Shown here in pieces: positions 58,273 through 64,000 of a stretch of 64,000 nucleotides of DNA. Below the pieces are notes generated by a model. The model worked only from the letters and a program-made list of their open reading frames with translations. It was not told the DNA's origin and searched no databases. Each line of letters opens with the position of its first letter. Position 1 is the first letter of the stretch. This DNA is from an uncultured delta proteobacterium. Lineage in GTDB: Bacteria > Desulfobacterota > Binatia > Binatales > Binataceae. The stretch lies in contig CAVQEQ010000002.1 in assembly GCA_963711565.1 (NCBI GenBank), positions 192,001-256,000 on the forward strand, read 5' to 3'. A program made the position numbers and the translations under genes.

Positions 58273-59553
58273 ATGTTCACCGGAAGGGCCAAGCAGGTGA
58301 CGATCTTCATCGGCGAAACGGACCAATATCATCACCAGGCGCTGTACATGACGATCATCGAGATGCTCCGGCGTGAGGGATGCAGCGGTGCGACCGCCAC
58401 TCGGGGCGTTGCCGGGTTTGGGGCTTCATCGATGATTCACACGGCGGCTATCCTTCGGCTGTCCTTCGATCAGCCAATCGTGATCACGGTCGTGGATCGC
58501 CCCGAGCGGATCGATCGCATTCTCGGTCCGCTGCGCGAAATGGCTCCCAGCGCCCTCATCACGGTTCAGGAGGTTGAAGTCGTCCAATCGGGTGCTCCCT
58601 TCAAAGAGGGTCTACCCGACCTGAAGGTCTCGGAAGTGATGCGCCGAGAGGTCGCGACAGTGCATGCCGACAGTCCAATCACCCAGGTTATTGAGCTGCT
58701 GCTCGATAAGGACTTCACTGCGGTGCCTGTCGTCGACGACCAGGGCAAGGTGGTCGGGATGGTGAGCGACAACGATCTGCTCTTGCGCGGTGGGATGAAC
58801 GTCACGATTAGCTTGAAAAAGGCCACCGATTTGGACTACGTGCGCGAGCTTCACGAGTCGCTCGAGAACCCGAACCGTAAAGTGTCTGAGGTGATGACGC
58901 GCGAGGTCGTGACGACTGCTCCGGATACCATTCTCGCCCGAGCGGCCAGAGTGATGGTCGATAAACATCTCAAGCGCCTGCCGGTCGTGGACGGCGACGG
59001 AAAGTTGGTGGGTATCCTTGGACGCCTGGACGTGTTGAACACGATCGCGGCGGTCCATCTGCCTGAGTGGCATCCCGAGGCGCATGCCGTCGGGGCGCAG
59101 GCTACGGTGGCCGAGGTGATGAGCCGTGACGTTCCCACCGTCCATGAAAATGCCACGGTGGAACAAATTTTCGATCTGCTCGTTTCGTCAACGCACAAGC
59201 GCGTGATCGTCGTGGACGACAAGCGGCATGTAGTCGGGATCGTCGCCGACTCGGATCTCATTTCCAAAGTGAGCCGTGAGAGCTGGCCGGGGGTAATGGA
59301 AATCCTCATCTCGAAGGTCCCGCTCGGCCGGGCCAGCGTGGAGGCGCGCAAGCACATTCAGAAGTTGCGCGCCCGTTTCGCAAAAGACCTGATGACGCGT
59401 GATGTGGTTACGGTTCGCGAGAAGATGCCGGTCGCCAGCGCCTTGGCGCTCTCTGCGGAAAAGCGGGTTAAGCGGCTGCCTGTGGTCGACGGCGACGGTG
59501 AGTTGGTTGGAATCGTCGGCCGCACCGAGATGTTGAGGGCGTTGCTCGCCTGA
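58273..59553 (+). CDS. DUF190 (PII-like) + 4xCBS domain protein
   Basis: N-terminal IFIGETD...GATATRGVAGFG...LSFDQPIVITVVD (DUF190), then two CBS pairs (VPVVD, KRLPVVD). Confidence 0.9.
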   Translation: MFTGRAKQVTIFIGETDQYHHQALYMTIIEMLRREGCSGATATRGVAGFGASSMIHTAAILRLSFDQPIVITVVDRPERIDRILGPLREMAPSALITVQEVEVVQSGAPFKEGLPDLKVSEVMRREVATVHADSPITQVIELLLDKDFTAVPVVDDQGKVVGMVSDNDLLLRGGMNVTISLKKATDLDYVRELHESLENPNRKVSEVMTREVVTTAPDTILARAARVMVDKHLKRLPVVDGDGKLVGILGRLDVLNTIAAVHLPEWHPEAHAVGAQATVAEVMSRDVPTVHENATVEQIFDLLVSSTHKRVIVVDDKRHVVGIVADSDLISKVSRESWPGVMEILISKVPLGRASVEARKHIQKLRARFAKDLMTRDVVTVREKMPVASALALSAEKRVKRLPVVDGDGELVGIVGRTEMLRALLA

Positions 59554-59580
59554 AGAAGAGGAGGAGGGATTCGGCGGCTG

Positions 59581-59952
59581 ATGGGAGTGTTGTTTGTCGC
59601 GGTAGGCGGAGCCATCGGATCCGTCACTCGCTATCTGGTCGGTGGATGGATTGCCGCTCGTTTTGGCAGTGCTTTTCCATACGGGACGCTGGTAATCAAT
59701 GTCACCGCGAGTTTCATCATCGGCTTTTTCCTGGCGTTCGCTCAGGAGCGAGTGAGCTTGAATCCGAACTGGCGCCTTTTTGTCGCGGTCGGATTCGTTG
59801 GCGGTTACTCGACGTTCTCGACCTTCGAGTATGAGGGGATTCGATTATTGCAGGAGCGGGAGATGCTGGTCGGTTCGGTCTATCTCATTGGGAGTGTGAT
59901 CGCGGGCGGCGTAGCCGCGATAGGCGGGATAGCACTCGGCAGTTGGGTTTGA
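59581..59952 (+). CDS. crcB: Fluoride channel Fluc/CrcB
   Basis: GGAIGSVTRY, FPYGTLVINV, GFVGGYSTFSTF. Confidence 0.95.
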   Translation: MGVLFVAVGGAIGSVTRYLVGGWIAARFGSAFPYGTLVINVTASFIIGFFLAFAQERVSLNPNWRLFVAVGFVGGYSTFSTFEYEGIRLLQEREMLVGSVYLIGSVIAGGVAAIGGIALGSWV

Positions 59953-59972
59953 TTTCGGCGAGCGGGCTTGAG

Positions 59973-60000
59973 TTGACTGTGATAAAAGCACTGCTAAACT
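59973..60000 (+). promoter_or_regulatory. Sigma70-type promoter
   Basis: TTGACT-N16-TAAACT with an extended TG, 15 nt upstream of riboswitch 5. Confidence 0.55.
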
Positions 60001-60015
60001 TCTGTTGACAGAGTT

Positions 60016-60072
60016 GGTGATGGGGTTCACCGCCGCAACCGCCCTTTCCTGAGCAGGGCTGATGACCCCTAC
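60016..60072 (+). ncRNA. Fluoride (crcB) riboswitch 5
   Basis: GGTGATGGGGTTCACC-gccgcAACCGCCCT...AGGGCTGATGACCCCTAC, followed by the hairpin ACCCCTACC...GGTAGGGGT-TTGATT (60065-60100). Confidence 0.93.
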
Positions 60073-60205
60073 CGAGGCGTAAGCTGGTAGGGGTTTGATT
60101 AGTTCGGATTCCCTACCTGGTCATTGGAACTCTCGCGCGCGGGTCGCGCCTGCCGGAGATCATCGCGCGAGAAATAACGCCGCGCAGGAAAGAGCGTAGC
60201 GGACG

Positions 60206-61156
60206 ATGGCGCGTTCGATCGGGTTCAACCTGCTTCAGGTGCTGTTCGTGGTGGCGCTCGCCCCGCTGGTGGCGGGGGTGTTGTCGCGTCTGAAAGAGAT
60301 CGTGCAATCGCGGCGCGGTCCCAGCGTTTTCCAGCCGTATCGCGACCTTCGCAAGCTATTCAATAAAGACGAAGTCGTCTCGGAGCAGGCTTCCTGGATT
60401 TTCCGCGTGACGCCTCACGTCGTCTTTGTCGCGCCGATCTTCGTCGCCACGCTGATTCCCGTTCTAACCAGCTATCCGCTCTTCTTCGCGTTCATGGGCG
60501 ACATGCTGGGCGGAGGGTTTGTGCTGGCATTGGGCGGCTTCTTCGCGACGCTCGCGGCTGTGGATACAGCCAATCCTTACGGTCCGATGGGCGCGAGCCG
60601 CACGCGCATGGTCGGCTTCCTGGCTGAGCCGGTCTTCATGATCGTTTTTTTCACCGTCTCGTTCGTTGCGGGCTCCACCATTCCCTACATCGTTCAGCAG
60701 CATTGGGTCACTCCGCTGTCGAACTTCTTCGCGCCGTCGCATGTGCTGCTGGTGATCGCCTTCGTGATGCTCATTCTTGCTGAAGCCGGGCGGATCCCAG
60801 TTGACAATCCAACCGGTCATTTCGAGCTCGCGATGATCGACGAATCGAAAAGTCTCGAGTACTCGGGCACCGGCATGGCGCTGATGAAATGGGGCGGTCA
60901 GATGAAGCTGCTGGTGCTGATGTGCATTCTGCTCAACGTACTGGTTACCCCGTGGGGACTGGCAAGCGACAAGAGCACTCTTGAGGTCCTTTTGGCGGGA
61001 CCGCTCGTGTTGTTCAAAATCGGGCTCTTCCTATTGGTGTTGGTGGTGATTGAATCCTCGCTGTCCAAACTGCGGCTCTTTCGGGTCAGCGAGTTCCTGG
61101 GGGCTGCGTTCGTAACCTCGGTGGTCGCGATGATCACCGGACTCCTGAACTTCTAG
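60206..61156 (+). CDS. hyfC: HyfC/HycD (NuoH-like) membrane subunit
   Basis: SRRGPSVFQPYRDLRKLF, GASR, EAGRIPVDNP..HFELAMI. Confidence 0.88.
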   Translation: MARSIGFNLLQVLFVVALAPLVAGVLSRLKEIVQSRRGPSVFQPYRDLRKLFNKDEVVSEQASWIFRVTPHVVFVAPIFVATLIPVLTSYPLFFAFMGDMLGGGFVLALGGFFATLAAVDTANPYGPMGASRTRMVGFLAEPVFMIVFFTVSFVAGSTIPYIVQQHWVTPLSNFFAPSHVLLVIAFVMLILAEAGRIPVDNPTGHFELAMIDESKSLEYSGTGMALMKWGGQMKLLVLMCILLNVLVTPWGLASDKSTLEVLLAGPLVLFKIGLFLLVLVVIESSLSKLRLFRVSEFLGAAFVTSVVAMITGLLNF

Positions 61157-61164
61157 GGGCTGAG

Positions 61165-61845
61165 ATGGCGAACTCCTACGCGCTCCTGACTTCGCTGAAC
61201 GGACTGGCTGCGGGGCTGTTTCTGATGAGTTCGTTCGGGCTTGCGGCGACGCGGCAGATGCAGGGGTGCCAGCGATTCTATATCACTGAGTCGATCTGCC
61301 TCGTGGTGTCCGCGCTATTGCTCGGCATTGGCTTGCACGCGCCCGACCTGCTGGCGGTCGCCGCGCTCGACGCGATAATGAAGCCCATCGTGATTCCGTA
61401 TCTGCTTAAGCGCACGGTGCCTGAGGAGATTTTCAGAAGACGTGAGATCGATCAGGTCCTGAACATTCCCAGTTCGCTGCTGATTGCGCTTGCCCTGACC
61501 TTGCTTGCCTTCTACCTGAGCGGATTTCTCCCGCCCGCAGCCGGAAGCATTGCGGCAATCAATTTGCCCGTCGGGCTCGCCGGACTGTTTATCGGAGTCT
61601 ACACGCTCACGGTGCGGCGCGAGGCCGTCCCGCAACTGATTGGCATCTTCGGCATCGAGAATGGCGCTCTGCTTTGCGGCTTCGCCATCGCGCCCACTTT
61701 GCCACTGGTCATTGAGATGGCTTTCCCGTTCGACATGCTGATCATCGCGCTCGTGATCGGAATCTTGACGCGGATAACGCAGGAACGAGTGGGAACGACC
61801 GAAGTCGGCGCGTTCGCAGCGCTCAAGGAAGGCGCCAGCAAATGA
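61165..61845 (+). CDS. hyfE: HyfE-like membrane subunit
   Basis: KPIVIPYLL, QLIGIFGIENG, IEMAFPFD. Confidence 0.85.
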   Translation: MANSYALLTSLNGLAAGLFLMSSFGLAATRQMQGCQRFYITESICLVVSALLLGIGLHAPDLLAVAALDAIMKPIVIPYLLKRTVPEEIFRRREIDQVLNIPSSLLIALALTLLAFYLSGFLPPAAGSIAAINLPVGLAGLFIGVYTLTVRREAVPQLIGIFGIENGALLCGFAIAPTLPLVIEMAFPFDMLIIALVIGILTRITQERVGTTEVGAFAALKEGASK

Positions 61846-63290
61846 TACTGCTTGCCATCCTTGCCGTGCCGCTGATTGCCGCGCTGCTCTCGTGCTTGCC
61901 AGTCGGACGCCGGGTAGCGCCGGCGGTCACACTGACATCCTGCACGGTCGTGCTCGCGATGGTGATAGCAGCGGCGATGGGCGTGGTCGCTCGGGGCTCA
62001 GTTGTCGCAATTGCCAATTGGGTCTCTATCGACGGCCTGAGTGCGTTGATTCTGCTGCTGGTCGCGACGATCGGGAGCACCGCCGCACTTTTCTCGTGGG
62101 GTTACATGGCGCACGAACCGAGCACGCCGCATCTGCGCCGTTACTACGCGAATTACAATCTGTTCGTCTTCGCGATGCTCTCGGTGCCCATGCTGGCGGA
62201 GCCGAACCTGGTTTGGACGGGAGTGGAAATGACGACCATCCTCTCCGTTTACCTTATAGCGTTCGAGAATACGCGCGAGGCACTGGAAGCCGCGTGGAAG
62301 TACTCGGTGTTGACGATCATGGGAGGAGCGATAGCACTCCTCGGGTTTCTGGCGCTGTTCGCCGCGACACGGGGTCAGTACCCCGGCGGCGCCTATACAT
62401 GGCAGACGCTGATCGAGTTGGCGCCGCGAGTTTCGCCGGGCGTGCTCGCGACCGCCTTTGTTCTGATCCTTGTGGGGTTCGGTGCAAAGGCCGGGTTGGT
62501 TCCATTGCACACCTGGCTACCCGACGCGCACAGTCAGGCGCCGAGTCCAATCTGCGCGCTGCTCTCCGGCATCAAGACCACCGTCATCCTGTACGTAATA
62601 TTGCGCCTGGTGCCGGTGCTTAACGCCTCGGGAAAGGTCGACGTCGATGGATGGGCAATGGTCGTTGGGCTGTTTTCGGTAGGTATCGCGGCGTTTCTCA
62701 TCATCCAGGTAACCGACTATAAGCGCCTGTTCGCATTCTCCACGGTCGAACACATGGGCATTATCCTTACCGCCGCCGGCATCGGCGGCGCCGCCGGGCA
62801 CTACGGCGCGGTGTATCAAATACTCAATCACGCACTGACAAAGTCATTCTGTTTCTTCGCGGCCGGAGCAACTCTGCTCGTCGTCGATACACGACAGATA
62901 GCTGAAGTGCGGGGTTTGATACGAACCTCACCGTCGGCCGGCGCTGCCCTGCTATTCGGAGGAATCGCGATCGCCGGGGCGCCACCGCTCGCAGTGTTCC
63001 TGAGCGAATTCTCGATTCTGCGCTCCGGAATGGCGGAGCAACACTACCTTGCAAGCGGCTTGCTCGCCGCGTTCGTTATCGTCGCCTTTTTCGGAATTCT
63101 CTATCACCTTAATCTTATGGTCTTCGGACAAGCCTCGTCGCCCACCGTCGATAGCATTCCGGTAAGACTGCCGCGAAGCTGCGTGCTGACCCTTATTCTG
63201 GCCGCAGCGCCAATCATCATACTCGGGGTCTATATGCCGGAGCCGCTTCACAGGCTGCTCGAGATGGCGGCCGACGGCCTGTCGAGGTGA
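61842..63290 (+). CDS. hyfF: HyfF-like proton-translocating antiporter subunit
   Basis: EALEAAWKY, GFGAKAGLVPLHTWLPDAHSQAPSP, KRLFAFSTVEHMG. Confidence 0.9.
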   Translation: MILLAILAVPLIAALLSCLPVGRRVAPAVTLTSCTVVLAMVIAAAMGVVARGSVVAIANWVSIDGLSALILLLVATIGSTAALFSWGYMAHEPSTPHLRRYYANYNLFVFAMLSVPMLAEPNLVWTGVEMTTILSVYLIAFENTREALEAAWKYSVLTIMGGAIALLGFLALFAATRGQYPGGAYTWQTLIELAPRVSPGVLATAFVLILVGFGAKAGLVPLHTWLPDAHSQAPSPICALLSGIKTTVILYVILRLVPVLNASGKVDVDGWAMVVGLFSVGIAAFLIIQVTDYKRLFAFSTVEHMGIILTAAGIGGAAGHYGAVYQILNHALTKSFCFFAAGATLLVVDTRQIAEVRGLIRTSPSAGAALLFGGIAIAGAPPLAVFLSEFSILRSGMAEQHYLASGLLAAFVIVAFFGILYHLNLMVFGQASSPTVDSIPVRLPRSCVLTLILAAAPIIILGVYMPEPLHRLLEMAADGLSR

Positions 63291-63293
63291 ACG

Positions 63294-64000
63294 ATGCCCG
63301 TCGTACTGACTCAAGTGGTCGAGGAGGCCAGGGCACGCTGGGCCGGCAGAGTTAGCGCGACTATCAATGATCGCGTCGATTCCGCGTGTCAGCTTGAATG
63401 TGAACCGGCAGCTCTACCAGAGATTTGCGAGTGGTTGTTTTCAAGTCTGCGCTACAGTTTCGGCAGTCTTATCGTCGAGCAGCGAGCGCGATGGGACCTG
63501 CGATACGTCTTCTACGGCGAACATGACGCTGGTTGGGTGCACGCGCTTACTCATTCGTCCAGTTCCGAAAATCGTGTACCCAGCATCAGCAAACAGATTC
63601 ACGCCGCCGATTGGCACGAACGCGAGGTTGAGGACCTGTTTGGACTGGACTTCGAGGGACATCCGCGTCTCGGCGATTTCGTCCTTCACAATGACGCCTG
63701 GCAAGAGGGCGTCAATCCGATGCGCAAGAGCTTTGATGCGGCTCAGCCTGTACTGCATCGTGAGCCCGACCTGAATTGGAAGCCTCGCCAGATCGTCGAG
63801 GAGACCGGCTCTTTCCTCATGCCGGTAGGACCGGTCTTTTCCGCCGCAACCGGACCGGTACACTTTCAGCTCGAGACGGTCGGCGAGGATGTCATCCGCG
63901 CGTGGCCGCGCCTCTTCTACGCATACCGCGGTCTCGAGAAGATCGCCGAGGGCCGGCGGGCTGACGATGTCGTGCTTATAGCGGAGCGTATCAGCGGAAC
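63294..64000 (+). CDS. HyfG/HycE-like NuoC-NuoD fusion, Ehr large subunit (partial)
   Basis: Manual translation: MPVVLTQ...AADWHEREVEDLFGLDFEGHP...MPVGPVF...HFQLETVGE...LFYAYRGLEKIAEG...AERISG. Runs off the window end. Confidence 0.85.
   Translation, partial: MPVVLTQVVEEARARWAGRVSATINDRVDSACQLECEPAALPEICEWLFSSLRYSFGSLIVEQRARWDLRYVFYGEHDAGWVHALTHSSSSENRVPSISKQIHAADWHEREVEDLFGLDFEGHPRLGDFVLHNDAWQEGVNPMRKSFDAAQPVLHREPDLNWKPRQIVEETGSFLMPVGPVFSAATGPVHFQLETVGEDVIRAWPRLFYAYRGLEKIAEGRRADDVVLIAERISG

Noticed and set aside
60206-64000. Calling the operon a true hydrogenase-4 / formate hydrogenlyase
   Set aside because: The first Ni-binding Cys is replaced by Ser in the visible part, and no maturation genes are seen in the window.
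1-64000. CRISPR arrays, tRNA/rRNA genes, transposases, integrases
   Set aside because: None recognised by eye, so there is no direct evidence that the fluoride island is mobile.

Overview
GC-rich bacterial chromosome segment. The gene content (tandem P450s, F420-dependent LLM oxidoreductases, paired acyl-CoA dehydrogenases) suggests a soil organism, possibly Ca. Binatia; this taxonomy is inference only. The first ~49 kb carry catabolic and housekeeping genes: a partial acyl-CoA carboxylase beta subunit, a TetR + three cytochrome P450s + MFS operon, glgP, a Phd/VapC toxin-antitoxin pair, an RND efflux system, a GT2-DUF4922-SpoIID cell-wall cluster, a MarR/EmrAB module with a duplicated operator, SDRs and ACADs. 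The last ~15 kb are a fluoride-stress island. I find five crcB-class (fluoride) riboswitches within ~10.5 kb: 49565+, 56809-, 57260-, 58058+ and 60016+. They sit ahead of (1) ilvD plus a pair of MutS-domain-V-only ATPases, (2) a divergent pyrophosphatase plus a dynamin-like GTPase, (3) an orphan 108-aa protein, apparently under translational control, (4) a DUF190-CBS fusion plus crcB/fluC, and (5) an Ehr (hydrogenase-4-like, lacking the first Ni-binding Cys) membrane complex. Two of the aptamers carry a compensatory A-U to G-C change. Three genes have single-base frameshifts, which may be assembly errors.
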